17,925 nucleotides of DNA from Pedosphaera sp. (GTDB taxonomy: Bacteria > Verrucomicrobiota > Verrucomicrobiia > Limisphaerales > SIBH01): the NCBI GenBank assembly GCA_031414955.1, contig JANOQV010000076.1:1-17925 (forward strand), written 5' to 3'. Of the stretch, positions 1 to 7,345 are shown in pieces. The notes beneath the pieces were generated by a model. The model was not told the DNA's origin, did no database searches, and saw only the letters and a list, made by a program, of their open reading frames with translations. Made by a program: the position numbers and the translations under genes. Position 1 is the first letter of the stretch. Each line of letters begins with the position of its first letter.

Positions 1-1882
1 TGATGGACGGCACGCCGCTGCTGCGCGGGTAGGAATTGGGCCGGTCGCCGCTCGCGCTCAAGTTGCGGAAGCGCACCTGCTGCTCGCCGAGCTGGCTCTG
101 GAGCAGAGTCTCGAACCAGCCGTCGTGCTGCATGCGGTCGGGCAGGCCGTTGCCGAGGATGGCGACGACCTCGCCCTGCTTGAACGCGAACGGCAGCGGG
201 TCGCGGTAGTCGGCGGGCACCTCGGCGAGCGCGGGGCCGGCAGGTGCGGCTTTCTTGCCGTCGTTCTTCGCGGCCGCGACCTGCGCGGCGGCGACCTGCG
301 TGCCGCCCTTGCCGGCAGGCTGGCCCGCTTTGCCGTCGTAATTCAGGTAAGCCAGTTTGCCCCCGGCCTTCACATCAATCTCCATCGCCTGCGGCGCGGC
401 AATGCCCGCCGCGCGGAAAACTTCCTTCCGGTCCGCGTCCAGCAACGTGAGCGTGAACCTGTCGAGGCGAGACTCAAATCCGCTGCGGTTCCAAATCTGA
501 ATCTTCTCGACCGCGCTCGGCTGCCCGAGGTCCACCTCCCACCACGGATCTTTCTCGCCCGCGTTCACGGTGTGGGTTTGTCCGCCCTTGTTGAAATTCG
601 AATCCTTGTTGCCATCAATCGCCTTCGCCGCCCCGGCCGCCCCGTGCGTGCTCGACTGGCTGGCCTTCCCACCCGGCGCGACATTCTTGCCGCCGCTGAT
701 GACTTCCACTTCCGCCAGCGTGAGAATGCGTTTGTCGCCCGGCAGTTCGATGCGGACGAACCGCGCCGCTTTGCCTGTGGTCGTCGGCACCGCTTCCGCC
801 TTTTTGTCGTCCTGTTTGGCGGGTTTGGCGTCCGGCTTCTTCGCGTCGGCCTTCTTCGGCGCACCGCCGCCCGTGTTGTTGTTCGCCGGAATGGGACTCG
901 CGAAGCCCGCATACATCTCCGGCTTGATGCCGCGCGCATACCCGCCGCCGTTGAAGGTGTTCGGCTGGAACGGCCCGACGAACGCGATGTTCAAGTCCGG
1001 CTTGATCGCGTCCTCCAGGCCGAGTGCCCAGAGGCAGCCGTTCACGATCATGCGCCGGTAGCCATCGTTCGTGATGTCTTCCGACGCGCCATACTGCGTG
1101 GCGAAAACGCGGGCCGTCTTGCCCGAGGCGCTCTTGTAACTGCGCGTCCACTCCGACGGCATCGGCGGCTTCATGGCATCGGCTGGCGAGTCCGGCGTCA
1201 TGCCGTTGAGCGGTTGCGCCATCGTGAGGATCTCGCCGTCGATGGGTTTTCCCACATAGGCGCCCACCTGCACCCAGATGTCCTTCACGCCGCGCAGAAT
1301 CGGATGCCCCTTCTTGTCCTCGACGATCGTGATGCGCGTGCTCTGCTTGTGATTCGCGCCGTAGTGCCCGACCCACGTTTGCCCGAGCACCTGATGCCCG
1401 AAGCCCAGTTCGTAGCCGCTCACCTTGCTGTCGTAAGAATACTTGGCGAAGGGATAATCCTTGCTCGTCTTGAAGGCATGAGTCGCCGTGCGCAATCCGA
1501 CGACCGGCCCGCCGCGATTCAGATACGCATCGAAGTGCTTCATCTGCTCCTCCGGGAATTGCTGGAACCGCAGGAACACCACCGCGAGGTCGGCGGTGTC
1601 GAGCGCCTCAATGCCCGGCATGTTCTGCGGTTCGCCCGCGCCGATGTTGCCCTCCTTGTCGATGTTGAACAGCACCGTGCATTTGAAGCCCTGATGCTTC
1701 GCCAGCAGTCGCGCCAGCGCCGGCAACGTCTCCTCCGAGCGATACTCATGATCACCCGCGAGAAAGACGATGTGCTTCCCCTGGCCCGGCCCGTCCGTGC
1801 CCTGAAAGACCAGCGGCGCAGCGTTCATCGAAGTCGCCGCCAACGCGACGACCGACAGGAGAGAAAGGAGAATGTGTTTCAT
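1..1882 (-). CDS. Secreted multidomain protein, N-terminal part only (runs off the left edge): signal peptide, ThuA-like domain, Lys/Ala-rich linker, F5/8 type C (discoidin) domain, start of an SGNH/GDSL-like domain
   Basis: Hand translation; it is absent from the ORF track because there is no stop in the window. ATG at 1882 gives MKHILLSLLSVVALAA..., then ThuA-like KHIVFLAGDHEYRSEETLPALARLL...GGPVVGLRTATHAF, discoidin-like ILTLAEVEV...ASQSS...AIDGN...PWWEVDLG...IQIWNR, and VAILGNGLPDRMQHDGWFETLLQ...RFRNLSASGD. The frame is open to position 2. Confidence 0.85.
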   Translation of the reverse strand, partial: MKHILLSLLSVVALAATSMNAAPLVFQGTDGPGQGKHIVFLAGDHEYRSEETLPALARLLAKHQGFKCTVLFNIDKEGNIGAGEPQNMPGIEALDTADLAVVFLRFQQFPEEQMKHFDAYLNRGGPVVGLRTATHAFKTSKDYPFAKYSYDSKVSGYELGFGHQVLGQTWVGHYGANHKQSTRITIVEDKKGHPILRGVKDIWVQVGAYVGKPIDGEILTMAQPLNGMTPDSPADAMKPPMPSEWTRSYKSASGKTARVFATQYGASEDITNDGYRRMIVNGCLWALGLEDAIKPDLNIAFVGPFQPNTFNGGGYARGIKPEMYAGFASPIPANNNTGGGAPKKADAKKPDAKPAKQDDKKAEAVPTTTGKAARFVRIELPGDKRILTLAEVEVISGGKNVAPGGKASQSSTHGAAGAAKAIDGNKDSNFNKGGQTHTVNAGEKDPWWEVDLGQPSAVEKIQIWNRSGFESRLDRFTLTLLDADRKEVFRAAGIAAPQAMEIDVKAGGKLAYLNYDGKAGQPAGKGGTQVAAAQVAAAKNDGKKAAPAGPALAEVPADYRDPLPFAFKQGEVVAILGNGLPDRMQHDGWFETLLQSQLGEQQVRFRNLSASGDRPNSYPRSSGVPSI

Positions 1883-1963
1883 GGGTTGAGTTTGGGTATC
1901 AGTGCTGAAATCGCAGTTCAAGAAGCTATTCGTTCTACTGTTTATTCGGGTTCTTGACCGCCT
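1874..1963. repeat. Degenerate direct repeat, copy 1 (copy 2 at 8740-8830): gene 3' end + intergenic spacer + ATGAAACAC start of the next minus-strand gene
   Basis: Manual alignment of gtgtttcatgggttgagtttggg-tatcagtgctgaaatcgcagttcaagaagctattcgttctactgtttattcgggttcttgaccgcct against gtgtttcatggtttgggtgtgggcaatcagtgctctgttcgcaattcaagtggctattcgtccggctgtttcttcggacccttgcctgcct gives about 70/91 identities. Confidence 0.85.
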
Positions 1964-2030
1964 GCTCCGCGGCAAAGCACGGCCCGCAACAGAACGCCAC
2001 GACCACAACGATGGCGGCGGTGAATTTCAT
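1935..2030 (-). pseudogene. 31-aa gene remnant: a signal peptide joined directly to a degenerate sulfatase-like C-terminal tail
   Basis: Translation MKFTAAIVVVVAFCCGPCFAAEQAVKNPNKQ*, followed in frame by NE*. The first ~21 aa look like a Sec signal peptide. The tail QAVKNPNKQ*NE* aligns codon for codon with KAGKGPKKQPDE* at the end of the 8793-10229 sulfatase. Confidence 0.6.
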
Positions 2031-2191
2031 GGCCGAAGGATGCACCGCCCGCCCGGCGGAGACGAGAAAACTTCATGGCGGTCTGAACAGCCGCTCATGC
2101 ACGCCGTCCCCTTGCGTCGTCATCTGCCAGATACCGTCTTGCACTTTGGCGTTTCCACCCACTGCAGACTCGGTATGTTCTCTCGCGAAAC

Positions 2192-3532
2192 ATGGCCCAG
2201 ACCAACGCCACATCCACGCGACGGGGATTCGCCAGATACGGAGCCTACGTCGCAACGCTCCAACAATTGGCGCGTGAGCCCCGCACCGCCGCCGCGTGGG
2301 ATGAACGCACGGTCGCCGCCTTGGACGGCCAGGCCGGCGCGGAACTGCGCCGCGTCATCTCGCTGAAAACTCGTCGCAAGTTCGGCGCGTTCTTCACCGG
2401 CTCGAATCTCGCCGCGCGGCTTGTCGCGCATTGCAGTCCGTTCAACGCTCAAAGCGTCCTGCATGACCCGAGTCTGGGCATGGGGGATCTTCTCCTGGCT
2501 GGCGCTCAGAAACTTCCGCTGGGCTGGACCTTGGCCGACACGTTGCGGCAGTGGAGCCGCCAACTCACCGGCACCGATCTGCACCGCGAGTTCATCACAG
2601 GCGCGAAACTGCGATTAGTTTTGCTCGCGCGCCAGCGTCACGGGTTGAAGGCAGCACCCGTGAACTCAGTCGCCGGGCTGTTCCCCGGCATTCGCGTCGC
2701 CGATGGTCTCACACAACACGCTGCGTTCGCCCGCGCCACCAACCTGTTGCTCAACCCGCCCTTCGTCATCGCCAACGCGCCCGCTGATTGCCGATGGGCG
2801 GGCGGACGAATCACCAAGGCCGCGTCGTTTGTCGTCACCGCGTTGGAACGCGCCCGGCCCGGCACCGAACTCGTTGCCATTCTTCCCGACGTGCTGCGCT
2901 CCGGCTCCTTCTCCGCGCAATGGCGCAAGCGCGTCGAGGAATTGGCCGAGATTCAACTGGCCGAGCCGTATGGAATTTTTGACGACAGCGCCGACGTGGA
3001 TGTCTTCCTCCTCCGCGTCACCCGCCGCGTGGAGACTCAGAACCCTGTGCCACACGCGTGGACAACCGCCCCGCCGCCCCGCACCACGACCGTGGCCGAT
3101 TTCTTCGATGTCCACGTAGGCCGCGTTGTTCCCCACCGTGATAAAGAAGCCGGTCCCGAACGCCGTTACATTCACCCGCGCAACATCGACGTTTGGAAAG
3201 AAGTGACCCGCATTTCCGAAAAGCGCCGCCACGAAGGACTCACCTACCAGCCGCCCTTCGTCGTGCTCCGCCGCACCTCGCGCCCCGGCCATCCGTATCG
3301 CGCCGCCGCCACCGTCATTCTGGGCAAGAAACCCGTCGCCGTGGAAAACCATCTCATTGTCTGTGAGCCACACGACAAATCCGCCGATACTTGCCGCGCC
3401 CTCATGGAACAACTCCGCACCCAGCGCGTGAATGACTTCCTCGACCAGCGCATCCGGTGCCGTCACCTGACCGTGGGCGCAGTGGCGGCGATTCCATTCA
3501 ACTTCGCAAACAGTTCAGCGCACCGCAGATGA
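2192..3532 (+). CDS. Amino (probably N6-adenine) DNA methyltransferase, gamma-class motif order, with a C-terminal target-recognition region
   Basis: Motif X RRKFGAFFT, SAM-binding motif I LHDPSLGMGDLL, catalytic motif IV LLLNPPF (N188), then AILPDVLRSG and IFDDSADVDVFLL. The C-terminal VLRRTS...VENHLIV...VNDFLDQR region resembles PstI/BsuBI-like MTase C-termini (from recall). The stop overlaps the next ATG (ATGA, 3529-3532). Confidence 0.85.
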   Translation: MAQTNATSTRRGFARYGAYVATLQQLAREPRTAAAWDERTVAALDGQAGAELRRVISLKTRRKFGAFFTGSNLAARLVAHCSPFNAQSVLHDPSLGMGDLLLAGAQKLPLGWTLADTLRQWSRQLTGTDLHREFITGAKLRLVLLARQRHGLKAAPVNSVAGLFPGIRVADGLTQHAAFARATNLLLNPPFVIANAPADCRWAGGRITKAASFVVTALERARPGTELVAILPDVLRSGSFSAQWRKRVEELAEIQLAEPYGIFDDSADVDVFLLRVTRRVETQNPVPHAWTTAPPPRTTTVADFFDVHVGRVVPHRDKEAGPERRYIHPRNIDVWKEVTRISEKRRHEGLTYQPPFVVLRRTSRPGHPYRAAATVILGKKPVAVENHLIVCEPHDKSADTCRALMEQLRTQRVNDFLDQRIRCRHLTVGAVAAIPFNFANSSAHRR

Positions 3533-5865
3533 GCGCACCTGACAACCAACCTCCGGGCGAAATAAACCGGACGCTCCTTGATACCAGGGCGTTTTCGGTC
3601 TCTGCCCGCGTCGCCTTGCAACTTGGTCGAGAGAGCATTTCGAGTTCGGTCACGGCCATCCTTGAGTTGGTCAAGAACGCCTACGATGCGGATGCCACGT
3701 TGGTTCGGATTCGATTTCAGGGTCTCGGTTCTGCGCAGCCAAAGCTCGTGATTGAGGACAATGGCCGTGGGATGTCAGTGGATGACCTTTGCAACCACTG
3801 GATGGTCATCGGCACGGCGAACAAAGCGAAGACCCGCAAGACGGGTATGGGCCGCGTGCAGACCGGCGAGAAAGGGTTAGGACGACTGGGACTCGACAGG
3901 CTCTGCGAACGAACGCGCGTTCAATCCATCACGGCGAAGTCTGGCGAAGGCATCGAACTCGACGTGGATTGGCGACGATACGAGCAGTCGGAATCACGCC
4001 TCGAAGAAGTTCGGCACGAGATCTATGGCGTCCCCAATCTCGGCCACGATCCGCTCACTCAAGCTTGGGTGAAGTTCCCGAAGGGCACCCGCCTCATCCT
4101 GGATCAGTTGAAGGACGATTGGAGTCTTGAATCTCTCGCCGAGCTTCGAGCCGAGCTATCGTTGCTCGTTTCCCCGTTCTCTGCGCCGAATGATTTTTGC
4201 ATCGTGTTGGACACCGGCTTGCCCAACGAATCGCTCGACGGCCCGGTCAGCGTGCCGCCCTTCGTGTTGGAAGCAGCCAATTGGAAGGTTGTCGCCACCA
4301 TTGACGATCACGACATGGTGGCAATCAGGATGAATAACGCCGGGCACGATGTCGAATACCACCAAAAGCCAGTGCCGTGGGGAGAGTGGCAGAAGGGCAG
4401 CGGCACCAAACCGTTCTGCGGGCCGATGCGCTTCGAATTTTACTTCTTTCCGCGGAAGGAGGCGACAGTCGGTGGGCAAACTTTGAGCAAGACAGAGGTG
4501 TCGCAATTCCTCGATGCCAACCAGGGCATCCGCATCTACCGCGATGGATTTCGCGTCAAACCCTACGGTCAGCCCAACGGGGACGGCGACTGGCTCCAAC
4601 TCGCGTTCAAGAAGACCCGCAGTCCCGAAGGCGTGGCGCAGGATGCCGCCCCGGGCGCGTGGCGTTTGGGATACCATCAAGTGGTCGGAGCTGTCTTCCT
4701 CACTCTCGAAAAGAATCCCTCTTTGTCCGACCAGACGAACCGGGAGGGTTTGCTGGAAGGCAAGGCTTTCGCTCACCTCCGGGTGTTCGCTGCAAAGGCC
4801 CTGCGGTTTTTCGAACTCAAGCATCAGGAGTTTGAAATCGCCCGCAAACGAACCAAGAGCGTCGAGCCGGATGCCGAGGAGAAGGCCAAAGAGTCAGCGG
4901 TTGCGTCCGCAGACGCGATGAATCAACTGTCCGCGCTTCTGGCGAAACTCCGGCAGCAACCCGACAACTCGGGAACCGTCCCCTCACAAGCAGAGGAACT
5001 CGTCAATCTTCTCGCAAACACGCAGCAATCCTTGGAGAAGGCGAAGGCCTCCGCTGAGGAATCTGCACAAGCGGCCGCAGTGGAGAAGGCTCAGGTCGAG
5101 AAGCAAAAAAACATGCTTTCGAACTTGGCGTCGCTTGGGATTCTCGCGGCGGCGTTCGGACATGAAACCGTGGATTGGGCGGGCAATGTGAGCCAATACG
5201 CCAAGCGGCTTGACGAAGACGTCATCTCAAAAGCCTGGTGGATTCAGCCAGCAGAACTCCCCGACCTTCAAAAAACGCTCAAGTTCCTGATTTCAGAATC
5301 CAAGAAGCTGAAGAACTTCGCCAAATTTACTCTGGGGAACGTAAGCCGGGAGAAGCGCACCAAGAAGAGCGACGTCTGTTTGAGGCGAACTCTCGAAACT
5401 GTTTTCTCGGCATTTCGCGAGGTGATTGAAACCGACAAGAAGATTCGCCCTGAGTATCCGACGACAGGCGACTTTCTGGTGGAAGGATACTCGATGGATT
5501 GGGAGAGCATCTTCGTGAACCTCATCATCAACGCCGCGTGGGCGATGGAGATGAAGCCAGCCAACGAGCGCCAGATTCGCGTCGATATTCGCACGGAGGA
5601 TGGGTTCCACATTCTTCAGTTCGATGACAGTGGACGTGGTTTGGAAGCCGGAACCGAGGAAGCCATTTTTGAACCGACGTTCACCACCAAGCGAAACGAG
5701 CGTGGTGAAGAAGTCGGCACCGGGTTGGGGTTGACCATCGTGCGGGCATTCGTGGAGGAACACAGCCACGGCACCGTGATGGCAAAGCAAAAAGGCCCGC
5801 TGGGTGGCGCGAGCTTCATCATCACGGTTCCTGCCGCCACAAAAACACCGAAGCAACACTCCTGA
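3529..5865 (+). CDS. MORC/MutL-like GHKL ATPase fused through a coiled coil to a C-terminal histidine kinase (soluble, 778 aa)
   Basis: Start moved to ATG 3529 (ATGA overlap with the MTase stop). N-terminal GHKL motifs AILELVKNAYDADA, IEDNGRGM, GEKGLGRLG and KGT. S5-like region GIRIYRDGFRVKPYG...DWL...QTNREGL. Ala/Glu/Lys-rich coiled coil. H-box LGILAAAFGHE (H545), N-box FVNLIINA, G1 DDSGRG, F-box IFEPTFTTK, G2 GTGLGL. No transmembrane segment seen. Confidence 0.9.
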   Translation: MSAPDNQPPGEINRTLLDTRAFSVSARVALQLGRESISSSVTAILELVKNAYDADATLVRIRFQGLGSAQPKLVIEDNGRGMSVDDLCNHWMVIGTANKAKTRKTGMGRVQTGEKGLGRLGLDRLCERTRVQSITAKSGEGIELDVDWRRYEQSESRLEEVRHEIYGVPNLGHDPLTQAWVKFPKGTRLILDQLKDDWSLESLAELRAELSLLVSPFSAPNDFCIVLDTGLPNESLDGPVSVPPFVLEAANWKVVATIDDHDMVAIRMNNAGHDVEYHQKPVPWGEWQKGSGTKPFCGPMRFEFYFFPRKEATVGGQTLSKTEVSQFLDANQGIRIYRDGFRVKPYGQPNGDGDWLQLAFKKTRSPEGVAQDAAPGAWRLGYHQVVGAVFLTLEKNPSLSDQTNREGLLEGKAFAHLRVFAAKALRFFELKHQEFEIARKRTKSVEPDAEEKAKESAVASADAMNQLSALLAKLRQQPDNSGTVPSQAEELVNLLANTQQSLEKAKASAEESAQAAAVEKAQVEKQKNMLSNLASLGILAAAFGHETVDWAGNVSQYAKRLDEDVISKAWWIQPAELPDLQKTLKFLISESKKLKNFAKFTLGNVSREKRTKKSDVCLRRTLETVFSAFREVIETDKKIRPEYPTTGDFLVEGYSMDWESIFVNLIINAAWAMEMKPANERQIRVDIRTEDGFHILQFDDSGRGLEAGTEEAIFEPTFTTKRNERGEEVGTGLGLTIVRAFVEEHSHGTVMAKQKGPLGGASFIITVPAATKTPKQHS

Positions 5866-6497
5866 TGAAACCCACCATCCTGTATTTTGTAGATGAACGC
5901 GAAGAAGCGCGGTGGGCGATTGCGCCCTCGCTGGAACGTTTTTTGGCTTCACCAGAAATCAAGGTCGTGCCTCTTGCGCCTTTTGCAGAGCTTTCTCAAT
6001 TCGATGTGTTGCTCAAGGAACCAAATCTCGGCGGCTTCTTCATTGACCAAAAGATGCGGGGCGGCTCGGTGACCTACAACGGCATTGAACTTGCCGGGCA
6101 TCTGCGTGCGCTTCACCCAAAGCTACCCATCTACATCCTGACCGGCTACCCGCCAGATGATGAACTCAACAGCGGAGCCTACCGTGTGGAAGACATCGTG
6201 GATAAGGAGGTTCTTGAAGAGCGCACTTTGGAGAAGGCGCAGATAATCAAGGCGAGAATCCTGCGGCGTCTGGCAGTCTTCGGCGATGTGCTCAATGCAC
6301 GAGAGCAAAGGTTTCACGACTTACTCGTCAAAAGCTTGAAACAACCGCTGACTGCGGAAGAAGAGCGGGAGCTTGGCATCGTGGAGGCCGAGCGCCTGGT
6401 GCCGACGCAAGCCGAAGAATTACGCGACGCCAAGTCCTTGGAGAAAGCCATCGAGGAACTGAAAGCGAAACTCAGGCCGGATAAACTCAATCTGTGA
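5865..6497 (+). CDS. Response-regulator receiver (REC) domain protein with a helical C-terminal extension and no recognisable DNA-binding domain
   Basis: TILYFVDE (acidic pocket), GFFIDQKM (phosphoacceptor D61), NGIELAGHLR...LPIYILTGY (conserved Thr), IVDK (conserved Lys). TGATG one-base overlap with the kinase stop. Confidence 0.85.
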   Translation: MKPTILYFVDEREEARWAIAPSLERFLASPEIKVVPLAPFAELSQFDVLLKEPNLGGFFIDQKMRGGSVTYNGIELAGHLRALHPKLPIYILTGYPPDDELNSGAYRVEDIVDKEVLEERTLEKAQIIKARILRRLAVFGDVLNAREQRFHDLLVKSLKQPLTAEEERELGIVEAERLVPTQAEELRDAKSLEKAIEELKAKLRPDKLNL

Positions 6498-6500
6498 GCG

Positions 6501-7163
6501 ATGGACGCCAAGGCTGCCGCAACTTCATCTGAATTCTTCCCGTCGCTAAAACGGCGGGCACAATACACGACCAAACCAAACGGTGAGTTCTACGCCTACC
6601 GTTACTACCGAGAACACTTCCATCACGAAATCGCCGAGTCCTGCGTGTGCCGTTGTGTTTACTGCGACTCGCACGAGGCCGAGATAGGCGGACGGGAGCA
6701 GATGCAGATTGACCACTTCCGTCCCTACACGCGCGCGGGCTTCGAGCATCTGGAAGACGAGCCGGAGAATTTTCACCACGCGTGCGTACGCTGCAATTCA
6801 CTCAAGTCGGACAAATGGCCATCCACGCACCCGACCGCACCACACGACGGCACCGTTGGCTTCGTTGATCCGTTCGCAGACGACCGCCGCCGTTATTTCA
6901 AAGTCGAAGACGATGGCGAACTGGTTCCGTTGCAGCATCCGGCCGAATACCTCATCCGCGTGCTGGCTCTCAACCGCCGGCATCTGAAGCTGCTTCGGCT
7001 GCGGCGGATTCTGCACGCACAACTCCAAGCCTACGTTGCCGAGAATTCACCACGCTGGGAAAAGGCTGCGCGTGGTGAAGGCGGCATGACACAGCAGGAG
7101 TTGGGACAAGCACTGATGGAATGCAAACGGCTCTACCGTCTCTGTTCCTTTGGGACGCAATAG
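6501..7163 (+). CDS. Zinc-binding HNH endonuclease
   Basis: RCVYC...QIDHFRP...NFHHACVRCNSLKSDKW...FVDPFADD: two CxxC pairs and the DH...N...N core typical of HNH nucleases in defence operons. Starts 3 nt after the REC stop. Confidence 0.88.
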   Translation: MDAKAAATSSEFFPSLKRRAQYTTKPNGEFYAYRYYREHFHHEIAESCVCRCVYCDSHEAEIGGREQMQIDHFRPYTRAGFEHLEDEPENFHHACVRCNSLKSDKWPSTHPTAPHDGTVGFVDPFADDRRRYFKVEDDGELVPLQHPAEYLIRVLALNRRHLKLLRLRRILHAQLQAYVAENSPRWEKAARGEGGMTQQELGQALMECKRLYRLCSFGTQ

Positions 7164-7224
7164 CCCGTTTCAAAATCCTGGTGGGCGCTTGGCATTTTCT
7201 GCTTTGTCCCGCCGGGTCGGAGAC

Positions 7225-7246
7225 TGGCGCTCCGGCATCAGCGCCA
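7225..7246. terminator. Short GC-rich hairpin between convergent genes, possible terminator
   Basis: tggcgct-ccggcatc-agcgcca, a 7-bp stem with an 8-nt loop, in the gap between the HNH and sulfatase stops. No strong U-tract follows it. Confidence 0.25.
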
Positions 7247-7270
7247 ATTAGCGCGCATCAGCGGTTCGAC

Positions 7271-7299
7271 TTTTTTGCGCTCTCTGCGCGCTTTGCGGC
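7271..7299. repeat. Three-unit, 9-nt-periodic TGCG element; probable small interspersed repeat
   Basis: ttttgcgct ctctgcgcg ctttgcggc. Resembles the GCGCAAA-type intergenic repeats recalled from PVC genomes. Confidence 0.45.
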
Positions 7300-7345
7300 C
7301 AATGAACCACCGCGTTGGCGCAGTGGTTTCGGCAACCTGGGCGCT

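Noticed and set aside
125..1957. 610-aa plus-strand ORF
   Set aside because: Antisense shadow of the real minus-strand ThuA/discoidin gene. It is Arg-rich with no motifs, as expected from high-GC codon bias.
2020..2031. 12-bp identity gtgaatttcatg with the FG-GAP gene start (11493-11504)
   Set aside because: It only reflects a shared MKFT signal-peptide start, and similarity does not extend on either side.
2139..2179. Promoter for the MTase operon (TTGCAC at 2139; CAGACT at 2165 or TATGTT at 2174)
   Set aside because: The -35/-10 spacing does not fit 16-18 bp for either pairing, so it is too weak to call.
3457..3528. Track start (GTG 3457) of the GHKL-kinase ORF
   Set aside because: It would overlap the MTase by 76 nt. 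ATG 3529 gives a standard ATGA coupling.
6501..7163. HNH as part of a Septu or retron system
   Set aside because: No PtuA-like ABC/AAA ATPase, reverse transcriptase or msr-msd-like region is present. The adjacent ATPase is GHKL-type.
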